Source of the DNA: Candidatus Eiseniibacteriota bacterium
GTDB lineage: Bacteria > Eisenbacteria > RBG-16-71-46
Reading direction: 5' to 3'
DNA: 64,000 bases
NCBI GenBank assembly: GCA_963776245.1
Contig: CAVZLN010000003.1
Location: 416,001-480,000, forward strand
Part shown: piece after piece, positions 18,685-27,565 of the stretch
Numbering within the stretch: position 1 is the first letter of the stretch
How the letters are laid out: every line of letters starts with the position of its first letter
Notes under the pieces: generated by a model
Seen by the model: only the letters and a program-made list of their open reading frames with translations
Told to the model about the DNA's origin: nothing
The model's database searches: none
Program-made: the position numbers and the translations under genes

Positions 18685-18714
18685 ACGCTACGGGACCGGA
18701 GGGGGGCGCGTCAA
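18685..18714 (-). promoter_or_regulatory. Putative rpmH promoter
   Basis: Minus strand TTGACG-18 bp-TAGCGT. Confidence 0.55.
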
Positions 18715-18797
18715 GGCTGCGCCCCGCCCGGACCTCGGCCGGGGCGCGGGATGGTGCACGACGGTCGGCGGCGGCCCCGTGCCGGGAACGGCGACCG

Positions 18798-18869
18798 CCG
18801 GGGCGGGTCCCGGGCGGGAACCGGCGGCCCGGGGCGGGTCCCGGGCGGGAACCGGCGGCCCGGGGCGGG
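18798..18869. repeat. 31-bp tandem repeat, about 2.3 copies, rich in G-tracts
   Basis: CCGGGGCGGGTCCCGGGCGGGAACCGGCGGC at 18798-18828 and 18829-18859, plus 10 bp of a third copy. Confidence 0.85.
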
Positions 18870-18882
18870 CGCTCGAGCGCCT

Positions 18883-18909
18883 TCAGGAGGCTGCGCCACT
18901 TGCCGATAA
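18883..18909 (+). promoter_or_regulatory. Sigma28-like promoter
   Basis: TCAG-N15-GCCGATAA upstream of the HEAT-repeat gene. Confidence 0.5.
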
Positions 18910-19016
18910 CCCCGGGGACGGCGGTCTCCTTCCCGCGCTGGCCAGCGCGTCCTTGCGAGCCCGCATTCCCAGGCCACGGCCGCGAAGCGACCGCCGCCAG
19001 AGCCACGGCAGGCCGG

Positions 19017-20774
19017 ATGTCCATCGCCCCGGAGTCCAGCGCACGCTCCAGCAGTCTGCGCGACCTTTCGCCGCTCGCGCACGCCACCGCCCTGTGGCTG
19101 CGGCAGCTCGCGCGCGCGCTGCGGACCATCCGGCTCTACCGCGGCGACAACAGCGTCTCCATCCAGATGCGGGACAGCGTGATCGCGGCGCTCGAGACCA
19201 TCGTGAACGACTTCGGGGACCTCGATCTCCAGATCGGGAGCGCCGAGATGATGCTCCAGGACGAACTGGTGGTGAGGCCCGCCGGCCGCAGTGACGGCCT
19301 CGCGGATCCGGTCGAGACGCTGCCCTTCCTCTTCTACCGCGACGGCATCCGGCGCATCCGGATCCTGCGCGACGTGCCGCGCTCGGAGGTCGCCTCGCTC
19401 ATCCGCGCCCTCACCCTGGTGAGCAGCGGCCCGAACGCGCAGGACGACCTCGTCACCCTGCTGTGGCAGGGCAATCTCACGCACATCCTGCTCGAGACCG
19501 TGCCCCTCGAGCAGATCATCTACCTGACCGCCCAGCGCCCCACCGGCGAGGGCTCCGACGGCGTGCTCGGACAGTCCTACCTGCTCCACCCGGGGGGCGC
19601 CGAGATCCATTCCGAGCTCGGGCAGGCCGCCGGCCCCCAGGGGCTCCACCGCGACACGTTCGACGACTGGCCGCTCCCGGCGCAGTGGCCCGACGCGGTC
19701 GACGCCTGGAGCCGCACGTTCGTCGCCATGGAGTCCTCGCTCGAGGTGTTCCTCGACCACTGCCGCGCCGAGCTGGCCGAAGAGTGGACCGTGCCGGTCG
19801 GGCCGACGCTGCGACGGCTGGTCACGCTCGATCCCTCCGAGGGCATGCGCACCGCGCTGGTGCGCGGAGCGGTGTCCTGGGTGGCCTCGACCCTGCAGCG
19901 CTGTCACTGGGACGAAGCGCAAGCCGCGCTCTCCCAGCTCCGCGAGCTGGACCCCGATGGCCGCATCGGCGAGAGCGACCTCTCCTCGGCGGTCGCCGGG
20001 CTCGATCACCTGCTGGTCACCGAGAGCCTCGACGCCGCCGAGGCCGAGGACCACTCGCGATTCGCCGCCATCGTGGTGGCCATGGGCAAGCCGGCGCTCG
20101 ACCTCGCGACCGCCGTCATGGCGCGCTCGGACAAGGTGCGCGTGCGTGCGGCGGCCTGCACCGCCCTCACCTACCTGTGCGGCGACGAGCCGGCGCTGCT
20201 GCGACCCTACATCGAGGATTCGCGCTGGGAGATCGTGCGCAACGCGGTGTTCATCCTCGGCCAGATCGGCGGCACCGAGGTGGTGCCGATGCTGCGACTG
20301 GCGGCCTCCCATCCCGAGTCGCGCGTGCGCCGCATGGTGGTCCAGGCGGCGGGCAACGTGCCCCGCGATTACCGCCTGCCCCTGCTGATCGCGCAGCTGG
20401 ATTCCCGCGACCCGCAGGTGCTGGCCGGCGCGCTCAACATGCTCACGCGAGAAAAGAGCGCCAAGGTCGCGCGCTCGATCCTCGACCGCATCGAGGCCCC
20501 CGACTTCGCCTCGCGCAGCGAGGATAACCAGCGCACCCTCTTCAGCGGCCTCGCGGAGGTGGCGGAAGACAGCGTGGTCGGCCCGCTCGAACAGATGCTC
20601 ACCAAGGGCGGCTGGTTCGCGCGGCGCACGCTCGAGCGCGTCGCCGCCGCGCGCACGCTGCGGCACATCGGCACCGAGAAGGCGATGGCCGTGCTCGACG
20701 CCGGGCTTCGCTCGCGCGTGGAGGCGGTGCGCACCGCGTGTCTCGAGGCCATGAGCTCGAGGATGCAGTCATGA
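19017..20774 (+). CDS. HEAT-repeat protein
   Basis: C-terminal HEAT/PBS-like repeats (DSRWEIVRNAVFILGQIG, HPESRVRRMVV, VRTACLEAM). Start uncertain. Confidence 0.8.
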   Translation: MSIAPESSARSSSLRDLSPLAHATALWLRQLARALRTIRLYRGDNSVSIQMRDSVIAALETIVNDFGDLDLQIGSAEMMLQDELVVRPAGRSDGLADPVETLPFLFYRDGIRRIRILRDVPRSEVASLIRALTLVSSGPNAQDDLVTLLWQGNLTHILLETVPLEQIIYLTAQRPTGEGSDGVLGQSYLLHPGGAEIHSELGQAAGPQGLHRDTFDDWPLPAQWPDAVDAWSRTFVAMESSLEVFLDHCRAELAEEWTVPVGPTLRRLVTLDPSEGMRTALVRGAVSWVASTLQRCHWDEAQAALSQLRELDPDGRIGESDLSSAVAGLDHLLVTESLDAAEAEDHSRFAAIVVAMGKPALDLATAVMARSDKVRVRAAACTALTYLCGDEPALLRPYIEDSRWEIVRNAVFILGQIGGTEVVPMLRLAASHPESRVRRMVVQAAGNVPRDYRLPLLIAQLDSRDPQVLAGALNMLTREKSAKVARSILDRIEAPDFASRSEDNQRTLFSGLAEVAEDSVVGPLEQMLTKGGWFARRTLERVAAARTLRHIGTEKAMAVLDAGLRSRVEAVRTACLEAMSSRMQS

Positions 20775-22276
20775 CGCCGCCGCCTGCCCAAGCCCCGCGC
20801 CCCTACGACGAGCGCCTGCGGGCGCTCGGCGATCAGGTCGTGCAGCGCTTCCTCGCCCTCATCCGGGTCGGCCGATCCTACGAGGTCGGCAACCAGGTGT
20901 TCCGTATCCAGCTCGAGCATTTCCTGGACTCGCTGCGCCCGGTGTTCGACGACGCCGATGCAGCGGTGCTGGTGGCGCTCGACAACGACCTCTACCTGAA
21001 CGGGATCCGCATCCCGGTCCGGAACCAGACCTTCAAGTCCCACGAGCTACTGCGCGAGGAGTTCGCGCGCCGCCGCATCGCCGGCCTGCGCATGACCTCG
21101 GACATCCGCAGCGTGGACGTGGAACGGTTCTTCGCCCTGTTCCTCCGCCCCGGCGACCACCATGGCGCGGGGCTGCTCGAAGCCTGCCTGGCCGAGGGGC
21201 TGGACGCCATCCTGCCCGCCGTGCATGCCACCACCGCGGTACCGGACACCGCGATCCACGCCGGCGGCGACCCCCTGTCGCCCGCATCGGCGTTGGAGAC
21301 CGGGGAGGGTCGCGAGACCGGGCCCCCGACGGCGCCGGGCGAGCCGGGCGACGCGCCGCGCGGCGCGGTGCCCAAGTCCTTCCTCGCGGCGGTGGCCGGC
21401 GCACGCACGCTGCTCATGACCACCGCGCTCCACGACGCCATCGAGATGCGCCACGCCAAGCGCGTGGTGCAGCCGCTGGTGGACGCGGCGTGTTCCGAGC
21501 AGCCCGTGGTGCTCGGGCTCTCCTCGATGGGACACCACGACGAGTACACGTACATGCACGCCGTGAACGTCGGCATGGTCGCGGTGACCATCGGGCACGT
21601 CCTCGGCCTCGATCGGGCGGTGCTCGCCGATCTGGGCGTGGCGGCACTGCTCCACGACGTGGGCAAGACCGCGGTCGGCGACCAGGTCAAGCACCCGATC
21701 GCCGAATGGACCCCCGAGGAGCGCGCCGCCGCCGAGCGTCACACCATCGAGGGCGCCCGCCAGCTCGCGCGCTCGACGGTGCTGAACGCGACCACCCTGC
21801 GCTGCATGCGGGCGGCGCTCGAACACCACGCGGGCCCGGGCGGCTATCCCCGCCTCGACGCGTGGACGCCCAGCGCGCTGTCCCAGATCATCGCGGTGGC
21901 CGACTGCTACGTGAATCTCCTGTCGCACCGCAGCCCGGCCGGTCAGCGCGTGACCCCGAACCAGGCCATCGGGATGATGCTCGGCCCGCTGGCATCGCGC
22001 TTCGAGCCCGCGTTGCTGTGGGGGCTGGTGAAGTCGGTGGGGCTCTTCCCCCCCGGGCAGATGGTGGAGCTCAGCGACGGCGGGAAGGCGGTGGTCCTGG
22101 CGCCCAACCGGGCCGACCTGCTCCGCCCGCACGTGCGCGTGGTGACGAACCCGGAAGGCGAGTGGCTGGCCGAGAGCGACCGCGTCGACCACCGTCCGCT
22201 GCCGCCCGGATTGAGCGTCCGCTACGCTCTGCGGGCCGAGGACTACCCCACCGCCCCCGATACTCTGGCGGCCTAG
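20771..22276 (+). CDS. HD-GYP family phosphohydrolase (divergent)
   Basis: DEYTYMHAVNV, ALLHDVGK, EHH...GGYP, IIAVADCY, G.FPPG..VELSDG. ATGA overlap with the HEAT gene. Confidence 0.85.
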   Translation: MTPPPAQAPRPYDERLRALGDQVVQRFLALIRVGRSYEVGNQVFRIQLEHFLDSLRPVFDDADAAVLVALDNDLYLNGIRIPVRNQTFKSHELLREEFARRRIAGLRMTSDIRSVDVERFFALFLRPGDHHGAGLLEACLAEGLDAILPAVHATTAVPDTAIHAGGDPLSPASALETGEGRETGPPTAPGEPGDAPRGAVPKSFLAAVAGARTLLMTTALHDAIEMRHAKRVVQPLVDAACSEQPVVLGLSSMGHHDEYTYMHAVNVGMVAVTIGHVLGLDRAVLADLGVAALLHDVGKTAVGDQVKHPIAEWTPEERAAAERHTIEGARQLARSTVLNATTLRCMRAALEHHAGPGGYPRLDAWTPSALSQIIAVADCYVNLLSHRSPAGQRVTPNQAIGMMLGPLASRFEPALLWGLVKSVGLFPPGQMVELSDGGKAVVLAPNRADLLRPHVRVVTNPEGEWLAESDRVDHRPLPPGLSVRYALRAEDYPTAPDTLAA

Positions 22277-22436
22277 CCCCCCCCGCACCCCGGGGGACGA
22301 GCCCGGGCGGCGCGAGGGCGTTCCATTCGGCTGGGGAGGGCTGGCGAGAGCGGGGTTCCCGCGCGAGGACGCAGGCCGGCGGGCGCCCTTCATTCTGCTG
22401 CCGGCGGCGCGATGGGCGAGCGCGCTCGCGCGGAAG

Positions 22437-24020
22437 TCAGGCCGCTGCCCGCGCCGTCGCGGGCGCGGTCATCGGCTCGGCGAGCGCGAGCGGCAGGCGG
22501 ACCCAGAAGATGCTGCCCGCGCCCGCGCGGCTGTTCACGCCCACATGCCCGCCGTGGAGCTCGGTGATGCGCTTCACCAGGTGCAGCCCGATGCCGAGCC
22601 CGCCGCGCCCACCGTGGAGCCCCTCGACCCCCTGGCCGAACAGCTCGAAGATGGCGGTGGCGTCCTCCGGCCGCACCCCCGGCCCGTCGTCCTGGACCTC
22701 GAGATGGATGAAGCCGCCGTCGAGCGCGGTACGCACCACGACGCGCCCCTGATCGGGGCTGAACTTGATCGCGTTCACGATCAGGTTCACCACCACCTGC
22801 CGCATCTTCACCTCATCGAGTTGGAGCGGCGGGGTGTCGGCCGCGAACACCTCTTCGACGGTGATGCCGCGTTTGGCCCCGAACGGGCGCGAGGTCTCCA
22901 CCGCCGAGTGCGCCAGTTCGTGCACCCCGACGGCGACGCGCTTGAGCACCAGCTTGCCGCTCTCGAGGCGCGAGAGATCGAGGATGTCCTCGATGAGCGA
23001 GAGCAGCCGGCCGGCCTCGGCGCGAAGCCGGCGCAGGAACTCGCTGCGCTGTGACGCGTCGAGGCGGCTCTCGTTGTCGTCGAGCAGCTCGGCGTAGGCG
23101 ATGACCGAGGTGAGCGGCGTCTTGAGCTCGTGACTCACGGTGGACAGGAACATGTCCTTGAGCCGGTTGGTCTCCGCCAGTTTCCGGTTGTCGGCCTCGA
23201 GATCGTGCGTGCGCGTCCCCAGGCGCTCGAGGGTCTCCGCGCGGTCGATGACCGCGCCCACGTGCTCGGCGAACATCTCGAGCAATTCGCGGTGGTGCTC
23301 CTGGAAGCGCTCCGGGTGGTTGATGCGATTGACGTTCAGCACGCCGATGCAACGACCGCCCACCCGCAGCGGCAGCGAAACGGCCGAGGTGATGTTGCGA
23401 TTGCGCTTGAAGTGGCGCCCCAGTCCGGCCGGCGCGGACTTCTCGGTGAGCAGCACCGCCTCCTGGCGCTCCGCGACCCAGCCCGCGATGCCCTCGCCCA
23501 GGCGCTTCTTGGCGTTGCGCGCGAACTCCGACTCGAGCCCGTAGGACGCCCGCGTCTCGAGCACGCCGCTCTCCGGGTCGAAGATCATCACCGACGCCTG
23601 CTGGGCGCGCAGCGTGGACACCACCCGGCGCACGATGATCTCGAGGATGACCTCGAGCCGCAGTTGGAGATTGAGCGTCGTGGAGACCTGGAACAGCGCC
23701 GAGAGCTCCGACAATCGCGTGCGGATGTCCTCCTTCTCCCGCTCCTCGCGCTCGAGCGCGCGCTGCATGCGGTTGAGCTCCACCTGCTTGAGGACCGTGT
23801 AGAGGCAGAACACCACCACCAGTCCGGCGAGGCCGAGCATCAGGATGAACTCGTGCTCGGCGTCCTGCCGACCCTCGGAAGTCCTGAGGGCCTGCAGCAA
23901 TGGCAGGTAGAGAAGCGGGATCGCGGCGGTCAGGGCGAGCACCACCGACAGGGTGACGGCCCACAGCAGCCACCCCCGGAGGGCGAGTCGGTTCTGCCTG
24001 GACGCGCGTCGATCGCTCAT
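22437..24020 (-). CDS. Membrane-anchored GAF-domain sensor histidine kinase
   Basis: Two TM helices, GAF (GEGIAGWVAE), H-box FLSTVSHELKTPLT, N-box NLIVNAIKF, D-box DDGPG, GLGIGL. Confidence 0.93.
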   Translation of the reverse strand: MSDRRASRQNRLALRGWLLWAVTLSVVLALTAAIPLLYLPLLQALRTSEGRQDAEHEFILMLGLAGLVVVFCLYTVLKQVELNRMQRALEREEREKEDIRTRLSELSALFQVSTTLNLQLRLEVILEIIVRRVVSTLRAQQASVMIFDPESGVLETRASYGLESEFARNAKKRLGEGIAGWVAERQEAVLLTEKSAPAGLGRHFKRNRNITSAVSLPLRVGGRCIGVLNVNRINHPERFQEHHRELLEMFAEHVGAVIDRAETLERLGTRTHDLEADNRKLAETNRLKDMFLSTVSHELKTPLTSVIAYAELLDDNESRLDASQRSEFLRRLRAEAGRLLSLIEDILDLSRLESGKLVLKRVAVGVHELAHSAVETSRPFGAKRGITVEEVFAADTPPLQLDEVKMRQVVVNLIVNAIKFSPDQGRVVVRTALDGGFIHLEVQDDGPGVRPEDATAIFELFGQGVEGLHGGRGGLGIGLHLVKRITELHGGHVGVNSRAGAGSIFWVRLPLALAEPMTAPATARAAA

Positions 24021-24078
24021 GGATGGGATTCCCTGCCTGGACCGTGCGCCGGCGCGCGGCCGCGCCCCGACAGCTGGG

Positions 24079-24105
24079 TTGTCGGCACCATCCCCCAGCG
24101 ACTTG
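24079..24105 (-). promoter_or_regulatory. Sigma28-like promoter
   Basis: Minus strand CAAG-N15-GCCGACAA about 60 bp upstream of the kinase. Confidence 0.45.
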
Positions 24106-24295
24106 GGCGCTTTTCGTCCCTGCGCGGAACGCCTGCTAGATTCCCGTCCTCGAGCCCGTCATCGATCCGCGTAGCGGCCCGCCTGGCCGCGGGGACGCGG
24201 GTGCTGGAGTGTCCGGCCGCCCGGGTGGTCCAGCTCGCCGTCACGCGCCTCCGGCGGCCGGACGGGTGCGGGATCCTGAAAGGAGCCCAGCGGAC

Positions 24296-25306
24296 ATGAA
24301 GCGCGGAACCGTGATGATCGAGGGGTTCGAGAGCGAGGTCCTGAGGGACAACGCCGCTGGCGATCCCCACCTTCGGCGCGTGCCGGTCTACCTGCCGCCG
24401 GCTTATGGCGAGCAGTCCGGGCGGCGCTTTCCCGTGCTGTTCGTGCTCGCGGGGTTCGGCGGGCGGGGACGCATGCTGCTCAACGACAGCCCGTGGTCGC
24501 CGCCTCTCGACGAGCGCATGGACCACCTCATCGACACCGGAGCCTGCGGCCAGACGATCCTCGTCATGCCCGACTGCTACACCCGCTTCGGCGGCTCGCA
24601 GTATCTCGACTCGACCGCCACCGGGCGCTACGAGACGCATGTCATCGAGGAGCTGGTGCCGTTCATCGATGCGCGTTTCCGCACGCTTGCCGGCCGAGGG
24701 CACCGCGGCGTGGTCGGCAAGTCCTCGGGTGGATACGGCGCGCTGGTGTACGGGATGAAGCACCCCGACGTCTTCGGAGCGGTCGGCTGCCACAGCGGTG
24801 ACGTGGGTTTCGACTATTGCTACCGCGGAGAGGTGCCGCGGATCGTCACGGTGACGGGAGCGGCGGGCGGATTGAAGGCCTGGCTCGAACGGTTCGAGGC
24901 CGCCCCGCACAAGGGCAGGGACGACTTCTCCGCCTTCAACACGCTCGGCATGGCGGCCGCCTACTCGCCGAACCCGGCGGCCGAGCCCTTCGGCATCGAC
25001 CTGCCGATCGACCTCGTCACCGGCGCCTGGCGGGAGGACGTGTGGCGGCGCTGGCTGGAACACGACCCGCTGTTCATGGCGGAGAAACGCGCCGAGGCCC
25101 TGCGCTCACTCAGGCTGCTGTTCCTCGACTGCGGGACGCGCGATGAATGGCATCTCCATCTGGGCCTGCGGCAGCTCACCCGGCGATTGACCGCTCTCGG
25201 AGTCCCCCACGAACACCAGGAATTCGACGACGGCCACACCGGCGTGAGCTACCGGTACGACGTCAGCCTGCCGCGGCTCGCCCGGGCGCTCGGGGCGACG
25301 GCGTAG
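24296..25306 (+). CDS. Alpha/beta-hydrolase esterase (enterochelin-esterase-like)
   Basis: VPVYLPP, nucleophile GKSSGGYGA, DCG..DE, FDDGH. Confidence 0.88.
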   Translation: MKRGTVMIEGFESEVLRDNAAGDPHLRRVPVYLPPAYGEQSGRRFPVLFVLAGFGGRGRMLLNDSPWSPPLDERMDHLIDTGACGQTILVMPDCYTRFGGSQYLDSTATGRYETHVIEELVPFIDARFRTLAGRGHRGVVGKSSGGYGALVYGMKHPDVFGAVGCHSGDVGFDYCYRGEVPRIVTVTGAAGGLKAWLERFEAAPHKGRDDFSAFNTLGMAAAYSPNPAAEPFGIDLPIDLVTGAWREDVWRRWLEHDPLFMAEKRAEALRSLRLLFLDCGTRDEWHLHLGLRQLTRRLTALGVPHEHQEFDDGHTGVSYRYDVSLPRLARALGATA

Positions 25307-25324
25307 GCCCTCACGCCGCGCGCA

Positions 25325-25648
25325 ACAAGTCGCCCCCGGCGCGTGCCTCGTGCGCACCGGGGGCCGGGCCCACACCCTGGCTGAAGAAGGGTCGACAGGC
25401 GCGCGGCCGGGACCTGATCCTCAGCCGCGCCCGGGATCGAGTGCGTGCATCCCGTGGCGAGGGCCCGGCCAGATCGTCGCGACCGAGTTCACCCGCTCCC
25501 ACGGCCAAGCCCAGAGTCATCACTGGCCGCGTAAGCAGGCAATGAGGCGACCGAGGTCACCAGCCGAACCCATCTCCGACAGTGAGTGTTGGTCGGGTCC
25601 CCCCGCACGTCAATGCCCGGTCGCGAGGATTTGCCATCCCCTCACGTT
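25325..25648 (-). ncRNA. Candidate structured ncRNA, family not recognised
   Basis: 450-bp gap with no credible ORF. A long closing stem plus at least five hairpins whose mismatches are mostly G-U pairs on the minus strand. Confidence 0.4.
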
Positions 25649-25758
25649 GTGATAGAACGCGGGCGAGCCGCGTGGACGCCGTCGGCCGCAAGGCGGCAGC
25701 CCGCCGCGCGCGCCACGAGCCCTGACCCCTACCCCCGCGAGACCACCGCGCCATCCCG

Positions 25759-27108
25759 ATGAGCAGCGCCGGAGTCCTTCCCGCCCCGTCCACCCGCGAG
25801 GCCCGCCGCAACTTCCGGCTGGGCGTGGTCAACGGCGCCCTCTACCAGGCCGGCGAGGGCTTCATCGACTCCGGCACCGTGATCCCGGTGCTGTTGTCGC
25901 GCCTCACCGCTTCGGGCGCGCTCATCGGGCTGGGCTCCTCCCTGTCCGACCTCGGCTGGCTGCTGCCGCAATTCCTGGTCACGCCATGGCTGGCCCGTTT
26001 CCCCCACCAACTGTGGCTCTACCGGCGCGCCGCGGTGGTGCGGGGCCTGGCCCTGGGGACGCTGGCCGCGCTCTCCTTCCCGCTGCTCCATCACCCGCGG
26101 GCGATGCTCGCGGCGTTCCTGGCGTGCTACGCCACCTACACCTTCGGTGCCGGCGCCAGCGCGGTGTCCTTCATGGAGGTGGTCGGTAAGACCGTGCCGC
26201 GCGAGCGGCTCGGTTCGTTCTGGTCCCAGCGCCTGTTGTGGGGTGGCACGCTCGCCGCGCTCGCCGGCTTCCTGGTGCGCGAGGTGCTCAAGCTCGAGTC
26301 GCAGCAGGCGCAGTACATCATCCTGTTCGGCACCGCGACCGTGCTCGCGTCGGCGGCCTACGCGCTGTTCTCCGTCATCCGGGAGCCGGCCGGACATGCC
26401 GACCGCGAGACCGCCCGCCTCACACCCATCCAGTTGCTCGGCGAAGGCATGCGCATGCTCGGCGACGACGCGCCGTTCCGCCACCTGCTGCTGGCGCGCG
26501 CCACGCTCGCGGCATGGCTCACCGCCAGCCCGTTCATGGTGTTGTTCGCGATGCGCGACCTCGGTGGTGGCGCTCGTGCGGCCGGCACCTTCCTGCTCGC
26601 CCGTATCGCCGGCTTCGTGCTCCTGAGCCTGCTGTGGCAGCCGCTCTCTCGCGCGCGCGGCAGCCGGGCGCTGATGCGCGCCGGCACCCTGCTGGTCGCC
26701 GCGGCCACCGGCGCGGCCGCCGTGGTGAGCCTCGCGTCCCCCTGGGGGCTGGGCTGGATCCCGGCGCCCGCGTCGGTGTTCTCACTCGAAGCGGTCGCGT
26801 TCGCGGGCGGAGCGGCGCAGAGCGCGATCCTGATCGGCTACGGCAGCCTGCTCATCGAGCTCGCGCCGGCCGGGCGACGGCATTCGTTCATCGGCCTGAC
26901 CAGCACCTTCCTCGGGCCCTTCATGTTCATGCCCATGGTGGGTGGCGCGCTGGTCGACCTGGTGCATGCCCCCGCGGTGTTCGCCCTGTGCGCGGTCGCC
27001 GCCCTGGTCGGGCATCGCGCCGCACGGCGGCTGCCCGACACGCGGATCGCGGCCGGGACGATCTCGGGTGAGGGCATGGACACCCCGGGCCACGGGGGCG
27101 GAGCGTGA
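25759..27108 (+). CDS. MFS-type transporter
   Basis: About 12 hydrophobic segments; RNFRLGVVNGA...VIPVLL..L; KTVPRERLG loop. Confidence 0.85.
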   Translation: MSSAGVLPAPSTREARRNFRLGVVNGALYQAGEGFIDSGTVIPVLLSRLTASGALIGLGSSLSDLGWLLPQFLVTPWLARFPHQLWLYRRAAVVRGLALGTLAALSFPLLHHPRAMLAAFLACYATYTFGAGASAVSFMEVVGKTVPRERLGSFWSQRLLWGGTLAALAGFLVREVLKLESQQAQYIILFGTATVLASAAYALFSVIREPAGHADRETARLTPIQLLGEGMRMLGDDAPFRHLLLARATLAAWLTASPFMVLFAMRDLGGGARAAGTFLLARIAGFVLLSLLWQPLSRARGSRALMRAGTLLVAAATGAAAVVSLASPWGLGWIPAPASVFSLEAVAFAGGAAQSAILIGYGSLLIELAPAGRRHSFIGLTSTFLGPFMFMPMVGGALVDLVHAPAVFALCAVAALVGHRAARRLPDTRIAAGTISGEGMDTPGHGGGA

Positions 27109-27470
27109 CCCGGCGCGTGGTGGTCGCGGTGCCCGACCTGTTCTTCTGCGCGCGCATCGGCGCCACGGCGAAGATGCTGGGCGTGCAGGTCGACGAGGTG
27201 CCCATCGAACAGGCCGGCGCGGCCTGCCGCGCCGGGCCGGCGGCGATGGTGCTGGTGGACCTCGAGGCCCCCGGCGCGGTGGAGATGGTGCGCGCGTTCA
27301 AGGCCGATCCCGCGCTCGCCGCCGTGCCGGTGGTGGGCTTCTACCCCCACGTGAACGTCGGGACCCGGGCCGCGGCGGTCGCGGCCGGGATCGACCGCGC
27401 GCTCACGCGCTCAGCCTTCACCACGCTCCTGCCCACGCTGCTCGCGGGCGAGGCGCCTGCGGACCAGTGA
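27105..27470 (+). CDS. Stand-alone atypical receiver (CheY-like) domain protein
   Basis: VVVAVPDL...MVLVDL...VPVVGFYPH...AVAAGIDRALTR alpha/beta pattern; conserved Lys replaced by Arg. GTGA overlap with the MFS gene. Confidence 0.7.
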   Translation: MTRRVVVAVPDLFFCARIGATAKMLGVQVDEVPIEQAGAACRAGPAAMVLVDLEAPGAVEMVRAFKADPALAAVPVVGFYPHVNVGTRAAAVAAGIDRALTRSAFTTLLPTLLAGEAPADQ

Positions 27471-27565
27471 GAACTCGCGGTCCCGGGCCATTGGAGGCGC
27501 CCGCGGAGCGGGCTATACTCCCGCCCCGTTCGCGACCCTCGGCCCACCCCTGCACGGAACGACCC

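Noticed and set aside
18798..18869. 31-bp direct repeats as a mini-CRISPR
   Set aside because: The copies are directly adjacent with no spacers, and there are no cas genes.
25365..25440. TPP riboswitch-like words (GGCTGAAGA, ACCTGATC)
   Set aside because: Lacks CTGAGA and the GCGTAGGGA closure; no thiamine gene follows.
25500..25534. Plus-strand frame ending ...PESSLAA-stop, like a tmRNA tag
   Set aside because: No tRNA-like 5' GGGG..TTCGA or 3' T-arm/ACCA ends and no pseudoknot or resume context.
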